Positions 55,619 to 64,000 of a stretch of 64,000 nt of DNA are shown one piece after another. The notes below the pieces were generated by a model. It saw only the letters and a program-made list of their open reading frames with translations. It had not been told where the DNA came from and searched no databases. Source of the DNA: a virus. Lineage: Duplodnaviria > Caudoviricetes. The stretch spans positions 16,404 to 80,403 of IMG/VR virus record IMGVR_UViG_3300009103_000014. The stretch is one strand, 5' to 3'. Position 1 is the stretch's first letter, and every line of letters begins with the position of its first letter. The position numbers and the translations under genes are program-made.

Positions 55619-58600
55619 TTACATTCTGCCTACAACAACCTCAATCATACCTTCTTCACCGTCATGATCTTCTAATGCTTTACCAATTACTTGGCCCATT
55701 TTCGGATCTTCTTCGGCTCTTGCCGCACCATGTCCAGCACTTACCATCATGTCGCCTTTTGATACTTTTCCTTTAACTTTACAAGGAACTCTACCAACCA
55801 ATGCTACAGAACATTTGTTCTCAGCATCTAAGCCGTCATTCATTAAGTAAGCAGGATTAGATGTAACAACACCTGCAACGGATTTACAACCATCAATATC
55901 ACAAAGTGATACTTCATGCTCTCCACCAAAGTGGACAACTGTACCTGGAGCATATTCGGCGTCTGCCGCATAACACTCTGCCAAGTCAGCAAATTGAGCC
56001 TGTGTAGCTGTACCAGTAAGTGTATCTACTCTCATATTCGCATATGAAGTAATACCTACGTTACCTGCTGTAGTACCGTCTTCTGTAGTGTTAATAGCCG
56101 CGAATGTATCAGCACTTTCGTCCCAAATCATTCCAACATTAGCACTTGATCCACGCTCAACAACCCAACCTGAGTCATAAGCAGGAGATCCTGACTGTCC
56201 AGTAGCCCAAATCTGTAATGGATCTTCAACAGTTGTGTTAGTTGAACTAACAGTTGTTGTTGAACCGTTTACAGTTAAGTTTCCTGTAACAATCATGTTT
56301 CCAGTAGCAGTAACTTCATCATCCAATTGAATGATACCAGTACCATTTGATTGTAATACTAGGTTTTCATTAGTAACAGCGTTTTTAACTGAGTTACCTA
56401 TAATAGTAACGTTACCAGCTTTAGCACCGTCGGATAATAGTACACCAGTAGCAGAGTCATCAGCATGAGCAGTAAGTGTAACACCACTTCCCATTTCTGT
56501 TGTTCTAAGCACCTGGATTCCAGCACCACCGTCTAATTGTAGTAAACCTGAGCCTGAACCTGAAGCAACTTTTAAGTTTTGGTTCGCATCAGTACCCATA
56601 GTTATTGTACCACTATCGTCTTGAAGTACTTCTTTACCATTAACGTACAATGATCCTGAGGATACATACAAGTCTTTCCATTGAGCACTTGATCCACCTA
56701 AGTCAAATCCTGTTGAACCGTTGGAGTTAACGTTAGGTACAAGTCCACCACTTGTAAATTTAGCAATAGAAGTGCCACCACAAGTAAACTGAATTTCATC
56801 AGCATCAGCAGTAGCTTCTACACTAATTTTAGTATCAGCATCAGCATCTTGCATTTCAGTGATTGTTGATGTAGTAGTTAAAACTCTAGCATCAATAACG
56901 TCGCCAGTTGCCGGAGCTTCTGTAAACGTTAGTGTTGTTCCACTTACCGCATAAGCTGTTGTTGGAATTTGTACCACACCGTTTATCATAACGATTGTAG
57001 TCGCTGTAGTTCCAGCTGAGCTTAATGTAAATGCTGTCGCACTATCATCACCGTTGTAAGAGTTAGCTGTAATTGTTGTAAAGTCAGCACCTGAGTTCCA
57101 TTCAGATCCAGTATAGATCTCCATGTTACCCAATGTAGTGTTGAATCTAAACATACCAGCTGAACCACTTCCTGGTCTTTGAGCTGTTGTTCCAACTGGA
57201 ATCATCATAGAGTCCGTAGCTGAAACGTGTAATGTTACGTCTGTTGTAGGAGTACCAGTTCCAATACCAACACTTCCTGTAGAACCTTCTACAAAGAAAG
57301 CATTAGCGTCGTTATCTGATTCAACTCTAAAGTCGACGTCGGCACTTGCTTCGTTAATAACAATTTCTTGACCAGCAACACCTTCAACTATAAGTTTACC
57401 ACTTGTAGAAGAAATTGTATTTGAATCAATGCTTATGTTATCAATGTCAACAGCACCTGCTGTTAATGTAGTACCATCAAAAGTTAAGTCAGCGTCATCT
57501 TGTAACTCACCACCAGTACCAGCGTATGTAACGCGGCCTGCTGTTAAGTCTTCAACTTTAGCTGTAGCTAAAGTAGACGCACCGTCAACTTCTAAAGCAC
57601 CACTAAACGTACCTTTACCAGTAACGTCTAATGTACCAGCAACTGTAGTATTACCTGACGCAACTGTAACCTGGAATTTTTCACTTCCAGCCGCACCCAC
57701 GTCTAAGGTTGTGCCGTTATATCTTAATGTAGCGTAGTCGTCCAAAGAACCAGATGTTCCAGCAACAACAACTCTTCCAGAAGTTAAATCTGAAACAGTC
57801 GCACTATTCATAGTTACACCACCAGCAACAGCATTTAGTACTGTAGTTGAATCAACTTCAACAGCAAACGAACCCGTTCCTGAATCAGAAACAGTAGCAG
57901 TTGTATTACCCTGCTCTAATCTAGTTGAAGTTTGAGAATCAACGTATGCCTTAGTAGCCGCATCTTGAGCCGAAGTAGGATCAGTAACGTTAGTTACTTT
58001 ATTACTTCCCATGCTAATTGTTTGTGAGCCAGCTACGGTTAGTGAACCATTAATTGCTGTAGCACCATTTGATGTTAATGTACCAGCCACTGTAGCTGTT
58101 CCATCAACGTCTAAGTTACCACCCATATTAAGGTTTTCAGCAAGTCCTAAACCACCTAATACTAATAACGAACCTGAGTTGTTAGAAGTTGAAGTAGTTG
58201 TAGCATTTGCTGTTATAACGCCTGTACTTTCTAATGTACCAGCAACTTGAGTATTTCCTGAAGCCGCTGTAACGATGAACTTATTAGTGTTAACTGTAAA
58301 GTTTCCACCAACATCACCAGCGCCACTTATATTAAGTGTAGCACCAATGTATTCACCAGCACAAGTTAAGTTAGTACCATCGTATGTTAAACCAGCATCA
58401 TCTTCAAGTAAACCTGAAGCGCCAGCTGTTACAACACGACCGTCAGTTAACGTACCTGATTTTACAGAACCAACAATTATATTACCAGCTGTACCTGACA
58501 TCACTTCTGATGTGTTAGTAACACCTGTCATATAAACAAAAGCATCTGCTGAATTGTCATAACCGAAGAAACCTAATTTAGCACTTCCGTCATAATATCT

Positions 58601-60610
58601 AAATTCAATACCTCTGTCTTTACCGTCGTCTGAACCAGGAGCAGAATCACCACCCAATGTAAATATTGGATCGTCAACTGTTACTGTAGTTGAGTTTGTA
58701 GTAGATGTTGTACCGTTAACTGTTAAGTTACCAGTTACAATTAAGTTATCTCCAACTGTCACGTTAGCGCCAGAAGAAGAAAGTGTACTTGCCGCAATTG
58801 ACAAGTCACCAGCTGTAAACGTTGTACCTTCCCAAGAACCAATTTCGGAACCATCAACTGTCATAGCAATTTTTCCGTTTGATCCTGTGTCAGTGATAGT
58901 AATATTTGTATCACCTTTTTCGATTACATTACCAGCCGCTGAAATTGTATTATCAACATAGTATTTTGTAGCCAAGTCTTGGTTATCAGTTGTAGTGTAT
59001 GACGTATGTGCTCTAATTTGTAAAGCACCTGCCGCCGTCGCACCAATTGTAAGTACTTCAGTATCAGTACCACCAACAACAGCCTGAACAACGACAGAGC
59101 CGTCTTCAGTACCATTTGTGATATCTACTGCCTTACCTTTAAGTTGAGCGAAAGTAGTAGTATTATTTCCGTCATCATAACCTTTCCAAGTTATTTGTCC
59201 ACAGCTATCGCCGTCCGCCGGAGAAGCAGATTGTTTATTAAACAATAATTCTCCACCATAAGCATCAGCGTTAGAGTTAAGCATAGTCATTTGAGGTTTA
59301 GAACCACCTGATTGAGACATTAATACGTCTGAACCAATAGTACCATTAACTGTTATGGCATCGCCTGCGGCGTCACCTAAAGTTACAGCACCATTTAAAG
59401 TAGTAGTTCCTGCCGCTGTTAAAGTACCATCAATATCAGCGTTACCGCCCATATTAAAGTTCTCAGCAAGACCTAAACCACCATCAATTATTACAGCACC
59501 TGTAGTGTTTGTAGTTGATGTAGTAGTGTCGTTAAAGTTTGAGATACCTGTTACGTTTAAAGTAGCTCCAACAACTACGGCTCCTGCCGCACTTGCTGTA
59601 AATGAACCACCAACGTCTAAAGCACCTGTTGTGACAATTTGTCCACCAACATATATATCTTCAGCAACACCCATACCACCATCAACAATAACAGCACCAG
59701 TAGTGGTACTTGATGAAGCGGTTGTATTATTAAAGTTAGCAACACCACTTGCGTCAAGTGTACCTACTGATGTATTACCAGTAGCATGAGCAATAGTGGC
59801 AGAACCAACTGTTAACGTTGTTCCGTCAAATGTAAAGTTAGCGTCGTCTTCAACAGCGCCAGAGGCACCTGCGATAACAACACGGTTATCTGTTAAATCA
59901 GTAATCTTCGCTGATGCTACAGTAACATCTGAAGCATTAGCAGTAAACACAGTAGTTGAATCAAGTTCCATTGTAACTGAACCTGTACCACTGTCACTTA
60001 CTGTTACTGAAGTATTTCCCTCGATCAAGCGTGACGCCGAACCTAGTTGAGAATCAACATAGGCTTTGGTAGCCGCATCTTGGTTTCCTGATGGATCAGC
60101 AACACCAGTAATTCTATTACTGCCTGCCGCTATATTACCTGCTGGATTAAGTGTAAAGTCACCAGCTGATGTAGTAATTCCATTGGAATCGAGAGTGGTA
60201 TTATCAACAATTAAAGAACCAGCTTGAAAAGCCGAGTATGCCGATAATGTTATATTTCCTGCTGTTGTACCAGCTTCTGTAGTAGTCGCTACAACGAATT
60301 GATCAGCACTTTCGTCCCAACCAATAAACACGTTTGTATCGTCACCACGTTCAGTTACAAGACCGGCGTCAACCGCTCCTGAACCAGTAGCACCAGAGGA
60401 TAATACCATTAAAGGATCAGCTACAGATGTATTTGTAGAGTCAACTGTAGTTGTTGTTCCTTGAACTGTTAAGTTACCAGTAATTGTTAAGTTCGAACCG
60501 TATGTTATAGAATTAGCAAGTTTACCAGCCGTAATCGCATTATTGGCGATTTTAGCCGTTGTTACCGCTAGGTCTGTAATCTGATTCGATTTTATTCTTG
60601 TTACGGGCAT
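55619..60610 (-). CDS. Long repeat-rich tail fibre/virion protein with a C-terminal intramolecular chaperone-like domain
   Basis: G/T/S/A-rich; repeated DAATKAYVD, GNLTV.GTTTT and RVV.AG..G..EDDA modules; C-terminal ADLAECY.AD..Y.PGTVV...VALVGRVPCKV...IGKALE; AGGAG RBS before ATG 60610. Confidence 0.85.
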   Translation of the reverse strand: MPVTRIKSNQITDLAVTTAKIANNAITAGKLANSITYGSNLTITGNLTVQGTTTTVDSTNTSVADPLMVLSSGATGSGAVDAGLVTERGDDTNVFIGWDESADQFVVATTTEAGTTAGNITLSAYSAFQAGSLIVDNTTLDSNGITTSAGDFTLNPAGNIAAGSNRITGVADPSGNQDAATKAYVDSQLGSASRLIEGNTSVTVSDSGTGSVTMELDSTTVFTANASDVTVASAKITDLTDNRVVIAGASGAVEDDANFTFDGTTLTVGSATIAHATGNTSVGTLDASGVANFNNTTASSSTTTGAVIVDGGMGVAEDIYVGGQIVTTGALDVGGSFTASAAGAVVVGATLNVTGISNFNDTTTSTTNTTGAVIIDGGLGLAENFNMGGNADIDGTLTAAGTTTLNGAVTLGDAAGDAITVNGTIGSDVLMSQSGGSKPQMTMLNSNADAYGGELLFNKQSASPADGDSCGQITWKGYDDGNNTTTFAQLKGKAVDITNGTEDGSVVVQAVVGGTDTEVLTIGATAAGALQIRAHTSYTTTDNQDLATKYYVDNTISAAGNVIEKGDTNITITDTGSNGKIAMTVDGSEIGSWEGTTFTAGDLSIAASTLSSSGANVTVGDNLIVTGNLTVNGTTSTTNSTTVTVDDPIFTLGGDSAPGSDDGKDRGIEFRYYDGSAKLGFFGYDNSADAFVYMTGVTNTSEVMSGTAGNIIVGSVKSGTLTDGRVVTAGASGLLEDDAGLTYDGTNLTCAGEYIGATLNISGAGDVGGNFTVNTNKFIVTAASGNTQVAGTLESTGVITANATTTSTSNNSGSLLVLGGLGLAENLNMGGNLDVDGTATVAGTLTSNGATAINGSLTVAGSQTISMGSNKVTNVTDPTSAQDAATKAYVDSQTSTRLEQGNTTATVSDSGTGSFAVEVDSTTVLNAVAGGVTMNSATVSDLTSGRVVVAGTSGSLDDYATLRYNGTTLDVGAAGSEKFQVTVASGNTTVAGTLDVTGKGTFSGALEVDGASTLATAKVEDLTAGRVTYAGTGGELQDDADLTFDGTTLTAGAVDIDNISIDSNTISSTSGKLIVEGVAGQEIVINEASADVDFRVESDNDANAFFVEGSTGSVGIGTGTPTTDVTLHVSATDSMMIPVGTTAQRPGSGSAGMFRFNTTLGNMEIYTGSEWNSGADFTTITANSYNGDDSATAFTLSSAGTTATTIVMINGVVQIPTTAYAVSGTTLTFTEAPATGDVIDARVLTTTSTITEMQDADADTKISVEATADADEIQFTCGGTSIAKFTSGGLVPNVNSNGSTGFDLGGSSAQWKDLYVSSGSLYVNGKEVLQDDSGTITMGTDANQNLKVASGSGSGLLQLDGGAGIQVLRTTEMGSGVTLTAHADDSATGVLLSDGAKAGNVTIIGNSVKNAVTNENLVLQSNGTGIIQLDDEVTATGNMIVTGNLTVNGSTTTVSSTNTTVEDPLQIWATGQSGSPAYDSGWVVERGSSANVGMIWDESADTFAAINTTEDGTTAGNVGITSYANMRVDTLTGTATQAQFADLAECYAADAEYAPGTVVHFGGEHEVSLCDIDGCKSVAGVVTSNPAYLMNDGLDAENKCSVALVGRVPCKVKGKVSKGDMMVSAGHGAARAEEDPKMGQVIGKALEDHDGEEGMIEVVVGRM

Positions 60611-60619
60611 TTTCCACAA

Positions 60620-60733
60620 CTCCTTTTTATATTATTATGCATAAGTGGCGCCGAAGAGCACCTGTAATTGGAGCATTACTGCCACCGTAATATTAGTCTA
60701 AAGATAGATTAATGTACGATAATGTTATTTATA
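60620..60733 (-). promoter_or_regulatory. Perfect T4 late promoter followed by a structured ~110-nt leader
   Basis: TATAAATA at 60733-60726 with several stem-loops downstream. Confidence 0.65.
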
Positions 60734-60767
60734 CAATTTTGGAAAAAGATATAAGATCAGATCTAAA

Positions 60768-62048
60768 TTAATGTAAATCGACCCAGCCACCGTTAGCGTA
60801 GCCTTGGAACTTATTTGTTGTAGAATTATATATTACAGCACCATTAGAAGGTGATGTAGCATTTCTTTGTGTGGTCGTATAACTAGCAAACTGAACTAGT
60901 TGACTATGTGTTGTTGCTGTATTTGTTATTGTTAACTTATCAGACCCTGCTACTTTTATATAAACAGTATCATCATCTGCTGTACGCTCAACTTCAATTT
61001 TTGTATCAGCATCAGCGTCTTGTACTTTATCTAAATATGTTATACCTCTAAATATTCTAGCAGATATATGGTCAGTATTTGCCGGTGCTGATGTAAATGT
61101 TAAAGTACTACCACTTATAGTATAAGCATTTGTAGGTTCCTGGACTACACCATTTAAAGTAACAATTACTGTATTGGTTGTGGCATCGCTGACGCTTAAT
61201 GTAAAAGTTGTATCAGAGCCATCACCATTAAACTCATCATGTGTTACTGTTGATAAATCAGGATCACCTACTCTAACCCAAGCACTATTTTTATATACTT
61301 CAACATAATCTAAAGTTGAGTTATATCTAACTTCACCTTCAGATGGTGACCCAGGTCTCTGTGCTGTAGTACCAACTGGTAACAATAAAGATTCTGTAGA
61401 ATTAATTTTAACTTTACCTGTACCTTGTGGCTCAAGTATTAAATCATCGTTAGTTGGAGTATAAAGTGTAGTATCTTCTGCTGTTATATCTCCTAAAGAA
61501 CTACTTGCTCCACCTACACCAAATGTTCCTGTGTATCTAGCACCTGAAATATAAACTGACTTGCCTGAAAAAGAAATTCCATTTGGTAAATTTGTTCCTA
61601 TAAAATGTACAACACCAGATTGATAATCAAAAAACCATTCGTCGTCATTACCAGAACCTGTAGCATATACCTGAGTTCCACCACTTGCGGCCGAACCAGC
61701 ATTTCCTGATGTATGTACATAAATTTTAAGTTGATATGTTGAACCTACCTCAGGTGGTATCCAATCAGTTAATCCTGATTTCCAAGTTCTGTTTGCTGTT
61801 GCTGTACCATCTACAGTACATTCACGAGGACTACCTGTAGCATATACTGTAACTACTCCAGAACTTGATCCTGGCATAACAGCAGGAATTGTATCTGCTT
61901 GTTGCCAAACTTTGTCACCTCTTAATAATAGAGGAGATGCTATAGCTTCGTTAGGTGCTTTTTTAACAGCATTTGTATCTGTTTTAGTTGCTCCGTACCC
62001 TAGCTTCTTCCAAAGGTAATCAATTTTTTTACTATCAGGTATCGCCAT
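60768..62048 (-). CDS. Virion structural/fibre-associated protein
   Basis: Shares LPVGTTAQRP, GDG..T.FTLS...NGVVQ and QDADADTKI.VE modules with the long fibre gene. Confidence 0.8.
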   Translation of the reverse strand: MAIPDSKKIDYLWKKLGYGATKTDTNAVKKAPNEAIASPLLLRGDKVWQQADTIPAVMPGSSSGVVTVYATGSPRECTVDGTATANRTWKSGLTDWIPPEVGSTYQLKIYVHTSGNAGSAASGGTQVYATGSGNDDEWFFDYQSGVVHFIGTNLPNGISFSGKSVYISGARYTGTFGVGGASSSLGDITAEDTTLYTPTNDDLILEPQGTGKVKINSTESLLLPVGTTAQRPGSPSEGEVRYNSTLDYVEVYKNSAWVRVGDPDLSTVTHDEFNGDGSDTTFTLSVSDATTNTVIVTLNGVVQEPTNAYTISGSTLTFTSAPANTDHISARIFRGITYLDKVQDADADTKIEVERTADDDTVYIKVAGSDKLTITNTATTHSQLVQFASYTTTQRNATSPSNGAVIYNSTTNKFQGYANGGWVDLH

Positions 62049-64000
62049 TACGCATCCTCAATCTCTAATAACGTAAGCGAGTCGCCACTTACTAGTTTGA
62101 TTCTAACTAAAACAGTATTACCTGTAGAGTTGTTCATATTTTCAGTACCAAGTGTTAATGTTTTGCTTTCATTTGATACTGTTGAACCTGTTGTTACTCT
62201 GTCACCTGATGTAAAGGCACAACCATCACTACCATTGCCACCATTACCTGTATCACTACCTGGAACTCCACTACCAGCATAAGTTGATGTAGCATCTATC
62301 CAACCACTTAATCCACTAGCACTATCAATAGCAGTACCAGGTGCCGCTATCCATACACCTGATAACTTTCCGCTAAATTTAAATTTAAAGTTAGCCGCTG
62401 GTGTTCTACGGAAAGCAAAAGTATAATATTGTGCTCCGCTTCTTCCTGTTGCTAAATCAGGACCTGCTGGTAAGTAACCAGAACTTAAATCTGTTGTAAA
62501 ATGTTGTACTGTTCCAAATCTACAAATTGCTTCTTGTGTTCCTGCTACTGTTACAGCACCACTCCAAGCATTACTTGTATAGTAATTTGTTGCTCCTGTG
62601 AAACTAGGCGTGTCGCTGGCCGCACCAAAACCTGTAATTCTTTTACCATCATCTGTATGTGTACTTCCGTTACCTAAACTATCTGAAACTGGAATACCTG
62701 CTTCATCGTCCATAGTTAATAATGTATTTGTGTATAACTGAATATTTGTACTTGCTGTACTATAAGAACTTGTACCATTACAGTTACTAGCTCTCATTTT
62801 AATTTGTTGTACTGAACGTCTTTGAGTACTTAAAAGTGGTACAGTTAAAGTTCCTAAAGTATAAGCACTACTAACACCTGTGTTTACTTTTGGTATCCCA
62901 CCATTTAACATTGTTGTACTACCATCAACATTAGCGTATGTAAAACTCAAATTAGATATAACGTGTCCTGATGTTCCTTCTTGGTTACTACCTGGGTCAA
63001 CTTCAACAGGATCAGTTGTATCTTTATATGCTTGTCCTGTAAAGTTTGCTACAGTTGATCCTGTAATACTTAAACTAGGTGAGCCTGTATTATAATATGG
63101 TACTCCTGAAATATATCTTTTAGAACCAGGTGTACCTTCTGCTACTGTTCCTATTGTTGCTGTAGGACTTGACGTCATATCATCTTTAACTACATAAACG
63201 AAATTAGTATTTCCACCGTCTGAACTTTCTATTCTTTGAGCACTAGATCCAACAGCATAACCAGTTAGGTTTAGTCTTTGCATGGCCGATGCTACAAGAT
63301 ATGCTCTCTGTGGATATGACGAAACTACTTCATCATAATCTTGGTGACCTGCTATTGCTAGAGTAGTATATGTGTTATTGTTTCCGCCACCTTCTGATGT
63401 TGTAAGGGTATGACTTCCTCCAGTACCTGTATTATTAATTTCTGATGTAATAGTTTGATTGGTACCATCGTAATGGTTAGTTAAGAAATTCATAACAAAG
63501 TTCGTGTCAATTGGGTTAGCAGTTGTATAACGTCTTGCTATGGTATTTGTTAATGCCGCGCCTGCTGATTGTGACGTAAACGTTCCTGTATTATCTGTAA
63601 ATCCATGACATAATTTTGGTGCCGTTCCTTGGTATGAGGTGCTTAATGTTAAACTCTTTGTACTTAAATTTGCCGGCGCCGCCGGTACAGAATTCATTTG
63701 GAATGTTATTCCTGTATATGAATCTGTTTGTGCTGTTATGTCTGGTGTGGCACTTACACTAAGATTTAAATTATAATTTCCTGCTGACTCTCCAGCATAG
63801 TTATGAGTTATAGCATTACCTACTGTACCTGGTGATGATCCGTTTTCTGTAGGTGTATCATTTGAACTTCCGTCAGCCCAATTAAATGTATAACTGGCTC
63901 CTGTTACTGTAGGACTAACAGCATTGGTTACTGTTACTAAAGCTCTATTGTTTCCGTCTATATCTGTATAATCATATATGTCATATTGGTTATCACTACT
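62048..64000 (-). CDS. Large virion structural protein with a PKD-like domain, truncated by the window edge
   Basis: Frame is open from 64000 through the track's 63697 Met: YTFNWADGS...ITHNYAGESAGNYNLNLSV is PKD-like; G/S/T-rich. Confidence 0.8.
   Translation of the reverse strand, partial: SSDNQYDIYDYTDIDGNNRALVTVTNAVSPTVTGASYTFNWADGSSNDTPTENGSSPGTVGNAITHNYAGESAGNYNLNLSVSATPDITAQTDSYTGITFQMNSVPAAPANLSTKSLTLSTSYQGTAPKLCHGFTDNTGTFTSQSAGAALTNTIARRYTTANPIDTNFVMNFLTNHYDGTNQTITSEINNTGTGGSHTLTTSEGGGNNNTYTTLAIAGHQDYDEVVSSYPQRAYLVASAMQRLNLTGYAVGSSAQRIESSDGGNTNFVYVVKDDMTSSPTATIGTVAEGTPGSKRYISGVPYYNTGSPSLSITGSTVANFTGQAYKDTTDPVEVDPGSNQEGTSGHVISNLSFTYANVDGSTTMLNGGIPKVNTGVSSAYTLGTLTVPLLSTQRRSVQQIKMRASNCNGTSSYSTASTNIQLYTNTLLTMDDEAGIPVSDSLGNGSTHTDDGKRITGFGAASDTPSFTGATNYYTSNAWSGAVTVAGTQEAICRFGTVQHFTTDLSSGYLPAGPDLATGRSGAQYYTFAFRRTPAANFKFKFSGKLSGVWIAAPGTAIDSASGLSGWIDATSTYAGSGVPGSDTGNGGNGSDGCAFTSGDRVTTGSTVSNESKTLTLGTENMNNSTGNTVLVRIKLVSGDSLTLLEIEDA

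Noticed and set aside
3956-63095. Many short antisense ORFs in the track (e.g. 3956..4186, 35158..35649, 38541..38981, 40656..41201, 59355..59789)
   Set aside because: They lie opposite well-supported genes, lack an RBS or motifs, and have the composition of shadow ORFs
1-64000. Stop-codon reassignment (alternative genetic code)
   Set aside because: Core genes are intact and densely packed in code 11; TAA, TAG and TGA all serve as stops
1-64000. CRISPR array, tRNA or rRNA genes, integrase, transposase, reverse transcriptase/DGR
   Set aside because: No spaced direct repeats, cloverleaf or relevant catalytic motifs were seen by eye, and intergenic gaps are short and explained by promoters or terminators. 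tRNAscan and Infernal were not run.

Overview
This is a 64-kb, AT-rich, densely coding segment of a large T4-like myovirus genome in the standard genetic code, with most genes on the minus strand. The host is probably a marine alphaproteobacterium, possibly SAR11-like. That is an inference from the FdxA ferredoxin, the AapJ/BztA-type binding protein and a small-gene module resembling pelagiphage genes. The window contains: (1) replication/recombination genes (UvsW, UvsX, UvsY, gp32 SSB, clamp-loader small subunit, a ~190-aa minimal DnaE-like protein, ThyX, dNMP kinase); (2) a ~15-kb modification region with glycosyltransferases, FkbM methyltransferases, a cytidylyltransferase-cupin fusion, a kinase and a 2OG-Fe(II) oxygenase cassette; (3) a TctA/TctC tripartite transporter operon linked to sulfotransferase-like and methyltransferase genes, plus an orphan amino-acid binding lipoprotein; (4) morphogenesis genes (terminase, gp4, tail tube, sheath, neck gp13/14/15, repeat-rich fibre proteins). 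Regulatory signals are clear: sigma70-type TTGACA-N17-TATAAT early promoters, TAAATA late promoters (several apparently giving leaderless mRNA), terminators, an IHF-consensus site and two structured leaders. No tRNA, rRNA, CRISPR array, integrase or reverse transcriptase was seen. All product calls rest on motif recognition only; no database searches were run.
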